Shown here: positions 1 through 13,921 of the stretch, one piece after another | How the letters are laid out: every line of letters starts with the position of its first letter | How positions within the stretch are numbered: position 1 is the stretch's first letter | Assembly: GCA_034226945.1 (NCBI GenBank) | Contig: CP120458.1 | Coordinates: 372,001-436,000 of the forward strand | Length of the DNA stretch: 64,000 nucleotides | Reading direction: 5' to 3' | From: Picochlorum sp. SENEW3 | Lineage: Eukaryota | Program-made: the position numbers and the translations under genes | The notes under the pieces: generated by a model | What the model was told of the DNA's origin: nothing | The model's input: only the letters and a program-made list of their open reading frames with translations | Databases searched by the model: none

Positions 1-87
1 AATGCCTTGTCTTTGCCATTCAGAATAGGAGTTGGTAGTCACAAAGTGGTGTCAGAAGTTTTATACTGCTGCGTAAGTAATGTCAAT

Positions 88-1285
88 ATGGTAGATGATA
101 CAGCAGCCAGAAAAAGCAAACTCGAAGAGTTGATTGAGAAAAAGCGGCAAGAGCAGGACGACGAACGCGAGCGTCAAAGGAGACAGCCCGAGGAAAATAT
201 TGCAGACATTGATTTTGGAGACGGGTCAGACGATGATAATTTGGATCCAAGACCTGAGGCACAAGGTATGTTTGACCTGTTCAAGACTCTTTGACAGAGA
301 GTCAGAGTGACCGCAAGCCCCCATCTATGCAGGTGAACAGGTATCGACTGAACATCATGCAGCCAAGCATAATGATGATGATGATGAAGAAGAAGAAGGC
401 AATGAGGTGCCAAGCCAGAAGGATCTCGATTTCATAGATGATGAAGGTGTTTCACCAGAAGAGAGGATAGACTTTGGAGACGATGAGAATGTTGTCACTT
501 TTGAAGAGGCTGAAGAGGCCAAAGATGAGATGGACGAAAAATTAGATGGGTTATTCGGACGAGATACGCTGAGAAATTCAGCAGATGCAGAGATAAATAC
601 TCAGGCAGAGAATCTCATGGCACAGATGGAAGCTGCCCTGGAGGCAGATCTTGAGGCTTTTTCGAAATCAATGCCCGCATTAAACAAGCTTCGAATGCTT
701 AAAAAGGCGGAAGAAATGTTTTCGATCAGTAGGATGCACGAGCCTTTGATGGCAGGCGGTCTCCTAGGTTTGTTGAAGGGTTGGCTTGAGCCAATGCCTG
801 ATGGATCACTGCCTAACAGCAAGATACGGACTGGCGTGCTGTCGATGCTCGAAAAATTAAATATAAATTGCGCAAATGAAGACCACAAAGAACAGCTCAA
901 GCGAAGTGGGATTGGGAAGTTGGTGATGTTTTTGTCCAAACTACCTGACGAGACTGCTGGGAATCGAAGATTAGCTCAGAGTCTAGTGGAATCCTGGAGT
1001 AGACCCATACTTGGATACTCAAGACCTTTGGAAAGTGGATCGATCCAAAGCCGAGATGGACAGGCCAAACCTGCCCAACACTGTCAGGCTAGTAGACACA
1101 AAGACACCCAAGATGCAGAGCTGAGCAAACATTCAGAGAGCAGACACGCAATTATCCCTACAGCAGCCGCATTAGATTACACCATCCGTCCGAAAAGCAA
1201 AGTCAGTATGCCATCTAAAAGCTCTCGCGCGGGCAAACATTCAGAACCAAAATTACTGAAAAAGTTGCTGAAGAAGAGAAAGTGA
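88..1285 (+). CDS. IWS1: IWS1/Spn1 transcription elongation factor (TFIIS N-terminal domain), 2 exons
   Basis: Acidic N-terminus followed by LKGWLEPMPDGSLPN, SGIGKLVMFL and LVESWSRPI motifs. Probable intron 266-332 (GT...AG) joins ORF 7..294 to ORF 407..1285. Confidence 0.88.
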
Positions 1286-1352
1286 AGACTGGTCAGGGAT
1301 GGATTTGGACACATGAGGCACCAAATCCTGTACTCTTTTAGCGATGCCATAA

Positions 1353-1973
1353 TCAATCGTCAACTGTGTCATAATCAACGTCGATAATTGCATCACTAGG
1401 ATCTACATCCACAGATTGTCCTGTAATAGACATCCCTGCTCCCAACAAGAGATTCATCAGAAACAGCACTCCTATAAGCAGTACACCCAGCTTCAGGAAA
1501 GAGGGGATTGCCAAAATACCGACCAATACCCCGGAGATGCCTATTGCACTATTGACAGGTGACACCCCATACGCTGCCGATATCTTATCCAAAATCCCCG
1601 TGACAGCAGATACAGCAAGAACAGCAAGAATGAGGCCAATAGATGGGAGGGCAGTTCCGATCAGGGTTCCTCCCAGCACAAAGAACGCCAACAGGCCCAT
1701 TAACGGAAATAGTATTCCAATAGAATCTGAAAATTGCAGGTCATCTGTTTTCTCTGGTCCTGCGAAACACACACCTCGCCGATTGAGCCTCGGACTTTTA
1801 AAAGTGTCCCTGGGGACTCTGCCTATCGGAGTACAATGGACATTTACAACTATTGGATCATCTCGTCCTTTAGGGACATGCCTCCCTCTGAAAAATGGAT
1901 ACGTACGACGCAAGGTCGCTCTCTCTGTTGGTGCTGTCAACTGTCGGGATACCTGTGAGAATTGAGCAAGCAT
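1353..1973 (-). CDS. Hypothetical plastid-targeted membrane protein
   Basis: 206 aa ORF with an Arg/Ser/Thr-rich transit-peptide-like N-terminus, about 4 hydrophobic segments and an acidic C-terminus (DAIIDVDYDTVDD). Confidence 0.6.
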   Translation of the reverse strand: MLAQFSQVSRQLTAPTERATLRRTYPFFRGRHVPKGRDDPIVVNVHCTPIGRVPRDTFKSPRLNRRGVCFAGPEKTDDLQFSDSIGILFPLMGLLAFFVLGGTLIGTALPSIGLILAVLAVSAVTGILDKISAAYGVSPVNSAIGISGVLVGILAIPSFLKLGVLLIGVLFLMNLLLGAGMSITGQSVDVDPSDAIIDVDYDTVDD

Positions 1974-2398
1974 ATCTCGGTCCTCCTAACGTATTACACT
2001 CGGTATTGAAATCTGTATCTCAAAGATTCCAGTGAAATATACAACTCTACGAGGGCCAGGACATGACACCCTTTTTGAGATGTCCACCATCTGGAGACAT
2101 CTTTTCTGTTGCAATCAAATGCAAATGTTGGATGATATATTTTAGCCTCATGTCCTTCCTGTAACCATGAAGACCTAGCTTTACATGACATCTCTTTCCA
2201 CCATAAGGATCATCATGCATCATGGGTCTCCACAAGCGCACATGGGGTCCATGGCCCTTTGTAACATATGGGGCTGATGGCTTGATGCCATTCCTGGTGG
2301 ATTTGATGTGTCCACCATCGGAGCGATCTGTACTAGATTTTCCATCAAAAAATAGAAAATCAATCTACCTGCAGAAGATAGATTGTCATATTGGTCAT

Positions 2399-3304
2399 AT
2401 GTTGGCACTGCGGAATCTCAGCCGTTCTTTGCGAAGGGGGGCCTTCACAGCAGAACACGCATTCCCGAGTATCCTTATGCATCAATCAGGAGGAATGAAC
2501 GAATCACAGGAGAGATGCGTCACATCAGACGTCTATGACGTTGGATCGGCGACGAACATCAAATTCCATGACGGGATGGTTCCCAGGGAGACCAAGGAAA
2601 AGCTTCTCAATCAAAAAGGGGTGGTTATTTGGTTCACAGGTGCGTATGGCGATGGATTTGGCTGCCAGTGTGATCTGGTGTATTGCGTTTGCCAACGGAA
2701 ACAAAACGTTGGCAAGGCAAGCACTCCAAGAAGACAAGTCGATGAAGATCTAATCTGTTTGGATTAATCAATGTCTACAGGATTGAGTGGAAGTGGTAAA
2801 TCTACGGTTGCGTGCACTTTGGAGCACGCGCTAGCGGCAAGGGGCAAGGTTACAGTGCTGCTTGATGGTGATAATGTTCGTCATGGCTTGAACAGTAATC
2901 TGGGCTTCAAGGCTGAAGACAGAGAAGAGAATATTAGGAGGATTGGTGAAGTGAGCAAGTTGTTCGCAGAGAGTGGAATTATAACGCTGACCTCTTTCAT
3001 TTCACCTTACAGAGCAGACAGAGCAAAGGTGCGAGAGAGAATGGCAAAGGGGGACTTTTTGGAGGTATATATGAGAATACCCATTGAAATCTGCGAAGAA
3101 AGAGACCCCAAGGGATTGTATAAAGCTGCAAGGGCAGGGAAAATCAAGAATTTCACTGGAATTGATGACCCATATGAGGAGCCTGAGAATCCTGAAATTA
3201 CATTGGATGCAAAGGACAAGGAAGGTAACATGGCATCTGCCGAAGACATGGCGGCAGAGATAATCAGATATTTGGAAGAAAACACATACCTTCAAGGTCC
3301 ATGA
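2399..3304 (+). CDS. APK: Adenylyl-sulfate (APS) kinase, 2 exons
   Basis: ATNIKFH..., then [16 protein letters not shown] (P-loop spanning intron 2640-2780), [18 protein letters not shown] and [11 protein letters not shown]. Confidence 0.95.
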
Positions 3305-3659
3305 GGGCAGTCGCAAACAGTGACTGATTGCGTGTACCGCTGGAGCAGGGCAGGTACTACCCTTTCCCAGGAATGGAGGAAACTTTCTATTGATCTTGCA
3401 TGAGTTGTGCAATTTTATTTATAGAAACATGTAATACATTTTGCCTCTACCTGAAATCAACTGAAAATTTTCACCAGGTGCTCTTACACGTTGCGCAAGG
3501 ATTAAGTCACAGGTGCATCAATTGCTGACTTGGTGCCTTGTAATTGATCTTTAGGCCATGGAAATAGAGTTTTACCTTCCCGGAATATCCCACTTTGAGA
3601 TCATGGACATAAGCATTACACTTGGCCAATCGAAACCAAATTGGAACAATGTGACAAAG

Positions 3660-4802
3660 TCAATCATGCTTTGATCGTAATAGACTCGCTATCACCCCTG
3701 AGCCTAGGATTGAGACAACAATGCCGAGTGACACTTCCGTTGGAATTGTGTGCCCGGTAAAATCTAATATAATCTTCAGGCCGATAAAACCAAGTACCGT
3801 AGCAACTGACTTTTCCAAATAAACCAAATTTGTCAATGCAGATGAGACAAAGCCAAACAGTCCCCGCAAGCTCAAGATGGCAAAAATATTTGATGTGTAC
3901 ACCACAAATGGATCTACTGTGACCCCAAAAACTGCAGGAATCGAATCCACAGCAAAGATCACGTCGGAAATCTCAATTACTAACAGCACAAGAAGTAATG
4001 GAGTTCCCACCCTTTTCCCATCAATCGAGGTGAAAAACTTATCTCCGTCATATTCACTTGTGAACTGGAACAGTGACTTTGAAAACTTGACAATCCTGTT
4101 GTTGGAAAGATCCTCTTCGTCATCGCCTTCCGACCTGTAGGAGCAAAAATAAATCTTTCTCGTAAATCGAGCCACATTGTCCCGTGTTTTTCGCATCTGT
4201 GGTGCATGTACGTACATTACCAGCAAATTGAAAGATGAATATAGCAATATCCCAGAAAACACAAGAAGGATCGGCTTCCATTTCTCGACGGCGTCCGCTC
4301 CAAGGATGATGAGAACCAATCGAAGAATCGCTGCAGTTCCTATTCCATATGACAAGACAGTCTTTTGAGACTCTGGTGGAGTTGCAAAATAGCGAAACAC
4401 AAGCACAAAAACAAACAAGTTGTCGACAGATAAACTCTGCTCTAGAAGATATCCAGCAAAATACTCTGCACAAAAAATGACACATGAGGGTCACTATATA
4501 CGCTACTAACCTCACAATCATCTCCACAACACACCTTCTGCTTTTGTTTGTCCTAGAACAGCCCAAACAATCCCCCCAAAAACTGTTGCTCCAATAACAG
4601 TCAATGCTGCTGACTCTGCTCCTCGCTCGAACTCAGGCTCCACAATGTCTATCTCTCGTATATCTACTGCACTCCGTTTGTCTTCATCCTTAGCCCTGCA
4701 TACCTCGAATCCCCTCGAGCAGCGAGAGCTGGGTCTAGACCCGGCCCAAGGGACGCAAAGAGGCAGCCTCCTGCTGACACATCTGGATTCAGTCAACTGC
4801 AT
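3660..4802 (-). CDS. TERC: TerC-family integral membrane protein (plastid TerC-like), spliced
   Basis: EQSLSVDNLFVF..., IEISDVIFAVDSIPAVFGVT, VYTSNIFAILSLRGL. ORF 4518..4802 supplies a transit-peptide-like N-terminus. Confidence 0.9.
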
Positions 4803-5865
4803 ACATATTAAGCAGTGAAATTTGGTAATAAATCGACCATGCTGCCCAATCTGCTTGCAGATGAGGGCGAGAGGGTGGACATGAACACCGAATCACACAC
4901 TTGAAGTAGCTTCTCTCTGGGGAGAGAAGACGCCCATCTCACTGACATAATCCTAATCAAGAGACAATTGCCAAGTTGATACTGTAGACCCAACCGAATA
5001 TGGTAGGATCAGAACTTGATAGGCTCCAACGCCTCGGTGAGCCAAGAACTCTGTCTGAAAACACTCTGCCTGGGCTATTCCTAGTATCCCACCTTCCAAG
5101 ACATTGTCATACAGAGAAACAAGATGCCTTTTTTACTCTGCCGATCACGTTGGAAATGCCAGTGTAATCCATGGCAGGAATGGGATGCTAGATAGCTGGC
5201 ATTGCATTGATCACAGTACCAGTACCTCATGAAGCACACCAAATCCAGAGAGTGTCTCTTGAACTCGTTCAATCAGTTGACATCGAATGAAGACACTACC
5301 ACAGAAGTTTATGGCCGAATAGAAAGAAGAATCGGAGCATTCATCAGACGTACTGGAGCCTCACAGGCAAGCCTTGAAGGTGGTCCTTGGATGTCTGCAT
5401 TCATCATTTGACCTCTGCCCATGCACCTCACTCAGCGACTGCAAAGCCCTGTGAAAATCTGCTGGAGAGGAGAGTGCATTTGAAGCCCACCACATGGCCC
5501 ATGACAGGGGCCCATCAGCACTGGATTTGGAGATCTAGATAACATCGGATGGCATGCATGCAAGTCGAATAATGACGGTAACAACAACCACATCCAAATG
5601 CTACATTGTCGCGCAGAACCTCGGGGAAATACATAACAAATAAAAACATAAATATCTCAGGAAAAGTCGAGGCAAAATATTGACACTATTTGCAGTCCTC
5701 GTTTGACATTCGTCATTTCACGAGTAGCGGAGGCTGGACCAAGTCCCAGCATTCCAGGTAGACTGGGTCAAGATTCACATAGATAACTAATAGTAACAAC
5801 ATCCGAACCATTCTATTTGTCACGAACCACAATTCGACAAGCTTGAGGAGATATCCGTGCGAATC

Positions 5866-8800
5866 ATGGAGTCAAGGTACGCGCCAGTCCCGGACGTGTC
5901 AGGCGCTGGATTCGATGGTTTTTTGATGTAATGCTTCTTATTGAATGTTGCAGGGACGATATGTCTCATTTGAAGTCGACAGGTGTGTTGAACTGGATAC
6001 CGGCCGATACGCCGTTTGACGGCATGGGGACGTGTTTGTCGAGCGAGAACGATTTAGGGATATGAGATCGGTTTTCTTTTGCAATTCAAGTTGACAAACT
6101 GTCTGAATGATCATAATCTGTGTGCCATGTTGACGCAGATTCAGGGAAAACTGGTGGGCCACTGTCATGGGCAATGAGGCTTGCGAAGGGGAATGGAAGT
6201 AAGCCGACCAAAGCTGAGAAGGTTGGAGACAGCGGTAAACAAGGTGCCTCTGATGTACATCACTCCTCTGAGGTATCGCAAGGTACGGCGTGATCTTGTA
6301 TGTAGATAGCTCCTTGGCCCGTGGTCCAAGACTGTTCTTACAGGTTGATGAATTATATTTTTCAATCAAATTCTTGCAGGTTCGACTACGTCGAATGCAA
6401 TTAAATTTGGAACAATAGATCCAAAGCAGCTGGAATCTCCAGAAGCACAAAGGAAATCACACGGTGCTGGCGAACAGAGGACAAGGGCCTCCAAGAGTTC
6501 TGAAACTAAAGTTGCCAATGGGCCTCAAGATGGAAAACATTCTGATCGTTCGAAGTCGGGTCTGATGTCATCAAACACTCAACCGCCTTCGTTGGCACAA
6601 GGGCCGTACCCTCCAGCGCAGCAATTCTCTGTGCCCTATGTGCAGCAGCCGTATCAAGTTCAAGGAGGAGCATTTCAGCCATTTCTGCAAAATCCCGGTC
6701 AGGTGTTTTATCCATCCAATTTTAGACAGCCAGTGTCTGCAGGGTACTATGGAAACACCGTAGTCCCTTTGGGGACCCAGGAGGGCATGCAGAATGCCCA
6801 GCCTCAAGAAGCACCTTATCGCCCACCTGGGTCATCCAAAGTGGCACCACCTGTTCGAGAGAAAAAGGTACGATTTATTGGCAACTCTGTATTTTATCAG
6901 CGCTGACCAATTCTATACTGTTGTGCAGATTTTGAGGATCGAAGATCCCAATACTCATGAAGCTCTTGATCTCAAGGAAATAACAAGCAAGACGAGGACC
7001 AAAGAAGCTACTCTGAACGAAGCTCGGCTCGATGTCCCAGGCACCGACCAGCACAAGGAAGCGACGGTCGCGGAGGAGAAAAATAAAGATCTTTCCTCCG
7101 GGGACGGATCAGGAAAGGTGCTAGAATCTGTCGTGGAGCAGGAAGTCAAGTCCTCTGCCAATGCAGATTCTGTTCATGAGGTACGTTGATGAGCAGTAAT
7201 TAAGCCGGCGTGAAGGATTTGCCATATCTTTCACGTGACTTGTAGCTGCTAATATCAAACAGATGTAGTCTGGTGACAACTGGCCTGTTTTCCTGGTTCT
7301 CATCCTTGAAATCTATCTGACAACTTTTATGAATTGTAGGGAAAAAAGCCTGAATCTGTAAAAGAGACAAATGGGCGAATCCAATATACAAAGGAGTTTT
7401 TAATGTCGCTGAAGTCGAAATGTAAGGCCTTGCCTCCATATGTGGAACCAGCAACCCTTTCAGCACTGTTTGCAAAGCAGTCAAACGGTCCGTTTTATTT
7501 TTCACCTATCTCTCTGTATTTGTATAGCAAATGGAGTAATCTATCTTGCAATGGGCTTGCAGATCGTGGAGAATGGAAATCAAACAGTGGAAAGGGTCCT
7601 CCTCCTCCTCCTCGAGGAAGGGGTACTTCACGCAACAAAAGCTCTGGGGCTGATGCGGATACGTGGGAGAGAGGGAAACCATTGCCTCCTCACCCAGGGT
7701 ATGGCCGTGGTCCTCCTCCTGGAATGAGAGTGCCAGGACCTCTGCCGGCATTGCACAAATCTGATGCAGCTTACAAAGTAGGTCGAACAAAAGGAGAGGA
7801 TCCAGAAGAAGAAGCTGCACAGAAGGCTCTGAAATCTATGCTTAACAAAATTACCCCAGAAAACTTCAACAAGATCACTGATCAAATAGTTAAAAAGATA
7901 AATGAGCGGAAAAAGGCCAAGACTCTCATGGGATTCATTGACCAGATTTTTGACAAGGCATTGAGAGAGACTACATTCGCAGAACTTTATGCAGACCTAG
8001 TATCAAAGTATGTCCATTGCAACATCTCCTTTGTTGAACACAAGTGTCTGAAGGAAATTTCAACTTTTATTTCTGCAGATTGAATCCTGCCCTGCCTGAC
8101 CTGACTGATGAGGAAGGAAAACCAGTCAACTTTAGACGAGCACTTCTGAACAAGTGTCAAGAAGAATTTGATTATGGTGTCAATGCCATGAAAGCTGTTG
8201 CCGAACGCGAGCGTCGTGAAGTAGAGGGCAAGGGGGTTTCCGAGGAAGTTGATGAAAACCAGATGACAGATGAAGACCGTTCTCGGATTGAAGGAAAGGC
8301 GGAGAAAATGCGACTGGAAAAAGCTGCCGCTGATGCAGAGGTAAAAGCGAGAAAGCGAATGTTAGGTAACATAATATTCGTGGGACAATTATATAGATTT
8401 GGGGTATTAATCGAGGCAGTGATGCATAGTTGTATTAAGCAGTTGTTGGAGGAGGTAAGGCATTGCTCGTATGATTTCCTGTCATCTCTTGAAAACTTGA
8501 GTATCAACCTCAATTGTTTGCAGACCGAACATCCTAGACCGGAGGACATTGAATGCTTATGTAAATTGTTAGCGACTGTTGGACGTCCCATGGATGCATC
8601 AAAGAGAGAAATTAAGCGCCCTGACGGCACTACGATCAAGACGTCTGATATGATGGAGGTGTATTTCCGTCGAATCGAATCCCTGATGAAGAGCAATGTT
8701 CTGGATGCTAGACATAGGTTTATGCTGAAAGATCTTAACGATCTACGAAAGCAAAATTGGATAGAGCGTCGAAAGTCGGAGGGCCCAAAGAAGATTGGCG

Positions 8801-9708
8801 ATATTCATCGCGATGCAGCTATCGAAAGGACTAAATCGCAACAATTCGATCGTCAGTCTAAGGGCCGTGAACGCGCTTCTCAGCGCCCGGGTTTCGACAA
8901 TCGCATCGATGCGCCAATAAGGATTATGAGTTCGACAAAAGTTTCTAATGATACTGACTCACTTCGACCTGGTGGCCGGCCAGGACCCTCCAAGGGGCAG
9001 GCTAAGCCCATCGTTATGACTGATGACACTGTTCAGAGGAAAGTCAAGGGGCTTCTACAAGAGCTCTTCCATAACGAAGACGTAAAAGAGGCTGTAGTCA
9101 ATTTGGGAGAATTAAGAGAAGCTGGAGCCAAAATGGATACTGTGGTTGAATTCGTGTTGACCACTTCTTTGGAAGGTAAAGGAACTTCTTGGAAGCTCTT
9201 AAAAGCCTTCTTAAAGCAGTCGAGGTGAGTATGGCCCTTGCCAATACAACTAAAGAGATTCTATTGTGCCATAACAATGTTTTTCTAACTTTGCAGTGAT
9301 GACAATATTATCTCACGTGACCAATTGCAAAGAGGGTCAAGATCGCTGCTGAACAAATTGGAAGACATTCGTGTCGATGTCCCCCGAGCATCGCAGCAGA
9401 TGGGGGATACTTTTAGCTTCCTCGTTCATGAAGGTTGCTTGGACATGAATCGGCTAATGGTTGATATCAAAGAAGCAGATATTGAGGAACCCGTCGAAGG
9501 GGAAGACACTTTATTAATTGAGAGTGGAACTGCGAAGGATCTTGTAGGGTACATCTGTAAGGGCCTGAAAGACTTGCAAGAAGAAGGCGAACTTTTACTG
9601 CAGCTGAAATCGATTAATCTGGGATCGTATTTCCCCGGATACGAGCGAGATGACCCGAATCAGATTTCCTCTTTTAAGAAGGAGTTCGATATCGAGGACC
9701 TGTTTTAA
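5866..9708 (+). CDS. eIF4G: Eukaryotic translation initiation factor 4G (eIF4E-binding motif, MIF4G, MA3), multi-exon
   Basis: YTKEFLM eIF4E-binding motif near 7385. MIF4G motifs KSMLNKITPENF, FRRALLNKCQEEF, RMLGNIIFVGQLY, EDIECLCKLL, EGPKKI. MA3-like C-terminus (LEDIRVDVPRA). The 5' exons are uncertain. Confidence 0.9.
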
Positions 9709-9740
9709 TCATACACACATCTTGCATGATAACCTTCCTG

Positions 9741-9745
9741 TGTAA
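9741..9745 (+). terminator. Representative TGTAA chlorophyte poly(A) signal
   Basis: TGTAA occurs shortly after + strand stops at 3430, 9741, 21825, 40502, 54384 and 60270. UGUAA is the established green-algal polyadenylation signal. Confidence 0.6.
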
Positions 9746-10870
9746 CAAGTGTAGCAATTGATTTATGCCCAAGGATGGGGGCTTGTTTACATTGTGAAAG
9801 TGTTTGCGTGTAAGCAACAGAAGTCCATAGCATCACAAGTCAAGCTGGACTGTTGCGTCCTGCATTGCGCTGACGATGAAATAGATCTAGATTCCATCTA
9901 TTCTACGAAGGCCAAGATAATGCTTATCCCTGGTATGTTCTGTCTCAAAAGATCGCGAAATACTGGTGTAGTTTACTTGTGTGACGGAATAGCGATTTTC
10001 CCTCTTTTCGCAAACCTTGAGAACATCCGTTTGCGTTCGCGATCTTTCCGTTTCTCCATCAATGTCAGCTGAACGAATTTCGCGAACAGTAGCAACGAAT
10101 TGGAAATTGGATTGGCAATGGAAATCGACGAATCCCTTGGGTCAAGAGCGCTGTTCGATGGAACTTTATTGTTGTCAGTCGGATGCAGAAGAATTTCATT
10201 GCCATATCCTTGCGTTGGTTGGAAATAGACATCGTCTGATAAGATTGTTTGAATGGGCATTGATCGGGCTGCAGATGGAGCCCGATTTATTGTGTTCACA
10301 CATTCATCTGCGTTCTACAACTGGTTGGAATATTTTTAACTCTAGGGTGTCATTGCCTTTGACTGAACATTGGAATAAGTTTGGAATCAACGTGCCGCTG
10401 CGGTGATCCAGTAGAATATCGTGACAAAAACTGAATACTAATCTGTTCTGGGTCCACGTATTCGCACTGAACTTTTCGATAGTGTGAGGTCCTCTCGAAG
10501 GTTTTCGAAGTCTGAGGGACACTGCAGGTATGAAAATCCTCCTTTGCCCTGATCCACGGATCCGGACATCTGGTCGGCCGGTGCACTGTATATATGCTGT
10601 GTGGTACGTACCAGCTAGTTCGATCAGATATCTGCATCGATGCATGTACATGTGCGCGAGCGAGCGTGGGGAGTCCCTGGAAACTCATACATGCATCGTC
10701 TCGACGTTGAAAGGAAAGTCACAAATTGATCTCTTGACATTAATATTCTACTATTGGTTGAAATTGAAATATTCTTAGCCATGTATCAATGGATTCCCGA
10801 TCGTAAATGTATGCTTAGCAACTTGCGGATACAGTGGCGCTCTGGTGCAGGTGTTGTTTTACAGGCTTTT

Positions 10871-11601
10871 ATGAGTCAGAAAGCAGTGCGGTTTTGTCAC
10901 AAGGAAATATTGCTGCGAAAATATAGTTTTATCGTCGAACAGAGCCATAAACCTCCTTCTCATCGATCTAAGAGAGTGAAATGCCCTTCTCAGAGACCTC
11001 TGCGAGAGGCAAAACCAACGGGACCCAAGGTGAGTTACTCAGGATCTCTGCAGGCGATTGAAAATTGGTAATGGTGCATCGAATAACCTTTTTGGTACTG
11101 AATATGGGAGAATGGTAATTGGACGTTTGGGATCCTCTCATTTGTGCAGGGAATCATTCTTTTTGGGTTTCCTCCAAAAGAAGTAGAATCTGTGAGAACG
11201 TGGCTCTCAGGGGTAAACTTAAGGGTTGTCTCAGGAGATGGTATATTGAGAAGGTCTTCTCCTGTCTCTGAGGCGTTGCACTTGCTGACAAGTTCCGTTA
11301 TACCAGTGGAAGAAGAGGGTGAAATGCTCACTTTCTTCACCAGAGTGGTACTTTTTAGTGGTCTTTCAGGAGAAGAAATGCAAGGACTTGTTGAGGTTTG
11401 GGAGGATGCTCTAAGTACGTGAAATGGCATTTGATTGAATACATTCGCGTACCCCTTACATATTTTTCGTGGACAGGTGATGGGCAGATTTCGTATGGAT
11501 ACATAACCACCCATATGATGGAGGATAGTATTGAGAGAGTGTTGATCAAAATCATATCCGCTTCTGATGAAAATGACATGAAAAATGTGTCTACCAGGTA
11601 A
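10871..11601 (+). CDS. Probable DUF3783-family protein, spliced
   Basis: GPK|GIILFGFPPKEVESVRTWL...RVVLFSGLSGEEMQGLV resembles plant/algal DUF3783 proteins. Both ends are uncertain. Confidence 0.5.
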
Positions 11602-12005
11602 TTTATGGTGTACGAGTCATGATAGTATCCTTGCGAACGGAGATGGCTGCAGTTGTTCAAATTTGAATTTTCCCTCTCTTCTCCTAAGAAATGGTGTTAG
11701 GTATCTACCTCCTGCTATTCTGACTTTATCTGCTGCAGAATTTAGGCCACTTTGGCGTCCGATCAACTCAGGAAGAAGTTAATTTCCGTATTTGAGTATA
11801 TTTACAGCTGAACACATGCAACTTTTTTTTTTCTTTCGGGCTAGCACCTATTGAGGTAGCCCTGTAGCATGCATGAAGCTGTATCCATGTGATCTAAATT
11901 CACAATAATTAAAAAACAGTACCAATCTTTGTAACTCAAATCCATCTAGGTACCTAGATGATTCCAAGACTGTCCATCCGTATTCCTGACAAGAAAGCAA
12001 AGAAA

Positions 12006-13921
12006 TCATGTAAGCAAGAAGGATGCAATATCGCTCAGAGATATTATTCCCTCCAATTTCTTTGTCTCTGGATTAACAACTAGTAATCTACGGACTCCAG
12101 GGATGGACAGCCTCTCCACAACTGTCTTTAATGGGTCGGAATTGGTGCAAGCATGTATTCGCTGCTTCCCTGGCACTGAGGAATTGTCTTGGATGGAAGT
12201 CTGACTAGCCGAGGGACTCGCACCCTCCCATGTTTGTGGAGTATTGTTAGACAATAAGGATGGTGGGGATGGCTGAGACGCAAGAGCCAAGACTTGACCA
12301 ACTGTCACATCTTCAAATTGCAAACGGCTGTATGCATTTGACTTGGCGAGCATCGTTATATCAGATTTGGCATATATATCCACCAGCACACCAGCGTCAT
12401 TTACAACTGGTAAGCAGCTAAAACCTCCTTCCAAAAGCATACTAAATGCTTGATACAAAGGAGTTGAGTGTTTCACTGTCACCAAATTTGCGACTTTCCG
12501 TTGCATAGAGACCTCTGTGCCAGACTGATTAGAAGCCTCTTGAACGACCACTGTGCTATCTTGCGACCACGTTCCAATGGGAAGGGAATCAAGAGGTCTA
12601 GCTAACAAAGGCAAAGATGCAAGGGAAGATCTAAAGTGCCTCAATAGACAGCCCAAAACTCCTCCCAGGGTGGCATTGTGTAATACCTCCTGGGTCTCCT
12701 CTGATGAAACAGGCTCGAAAACGGTGTTGACAATTGGAGCGAGGCTGCAATGGTTTTTGAGAAGCACATTCACCACATCTTGCAACGTATCATTCGGGGC
12801 TATGCTTATCAGTTGATTGGATGACCGACCCTGAATTGCAAGTTCTTCTCTCAAACCTCTGATGGTATGTTGGTCCATCTCAGCCTCACTCATAGGATTG
12901 CTGGAAGTTGAGACAAGATTTCGCATTTGCTGCAATGTTGTTATGAAATCTGTTGCAGAAATCATTCCACATATGGATCCTTTTCTAGTATCAAACAAGG
13001 GAGCAGAAGCCGTCCCCTGCTCATGCAGGGCATGAAATGCTTGTCTAAGAGGTAGATCAATGTCCAAAAGGACAACCTTCCCACTTTCTGGTATAAGTTC
13101 TGACGCTGTGTGATGCGCCAAAAACTCCTTGATCTTTCCCTTGGAGAAGAGGGGCTCCTTTTCCTGCATTCAACATCAAATTATTGAGCAGATGAACAAT
13201 GTCAAACTTCCTTATCACAGGCATACCTGCTCTAGCGCGACAGAAGCGGCAGCTCCTTGAGTTTTGGTAAACGCAGCAGTTGTTTCATACGCACTGTCCT
13301 TTAGAAACCCTGTATTGTCAAATGCCTGGCTGGATGGCTCCTGCAGATTGCCAGTTTGGGAGCTTGTCTGTTCTGTGTTTTGACTGCGGAAGAAATACAT
13401 TGATAAATGGCAAACCCTCATCATTTACATCAACAGATAAGGCCACATACATCTCAGGTTTCCTAACGAAAAGCCAATTGTTGACATTGCCAAGGGGATC
13501 AGGCATAAATGGCTGTGCCTCATCATGCCTCCATTCTCCATCTACAATAAATTTGTACTGGTGGTACCTGCAGGGCCAAAACATGTCAGGCGCTTGATCA
13601 CTCAACGTACGTCTCATCGACTCGAGCATTGTATATCGTACCCCGGAGGCAGATGAACTATGACAGAAAAGACACCAGGCTGACCGTCCTCAGGAACCAT
13701 TGGCACTGTCTCCACCCATCTCGTGAAGGACCCGCACAAATGAACCTATTTCATCAAACAACATTCAATCGGTTACCGTAACGACACGCCAGCCGTCGGC
13801 CAACACAGAACGACCAACCACACAGGTGTGCAGCACGTTCCCGTCCAAGTTTCTGACAACGTAGACGTACCTGATTACCTCCAAGTCGCCAGACAAACTT
13901 TGTTGGTGCAAAATAACTCAT
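12006..13921 (-). CDS. SNF4: SnRK1 beta-gamma subunit (SNF4/KINbetagamma): CBM48 plus CBS domains, multi-exon
   Basis: Exon 1 [17 protein letters not shown] (ATG 13921), then [10 protein letters not shown] and [15 protein letters not shown] (CBM48), then CBS repeats ([30 protein letters not shown]). Confidence 0.93.

Noticed and set aside
4808..5860. Short ORFs in the 1-kb divergent region between TerC and eIF4G
   Set aside because: About 60 aa with no motifs; consistent with promoter/UTR sequence.
7181..7340. TGATGA and CTGA boxes in an eIF4G intron resembling a C/D snoRNA
   Set aside because: Box C nearly abuts the splice donor, the terminal stem overlaps the box, and no rRNA guide was recognised.
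9758..10790. Several overlapping 100-130 aa ORFs on both strands
   Set aside because: No recognisable motifs and no consistent splice model. A gene may exist but cannot be supported.
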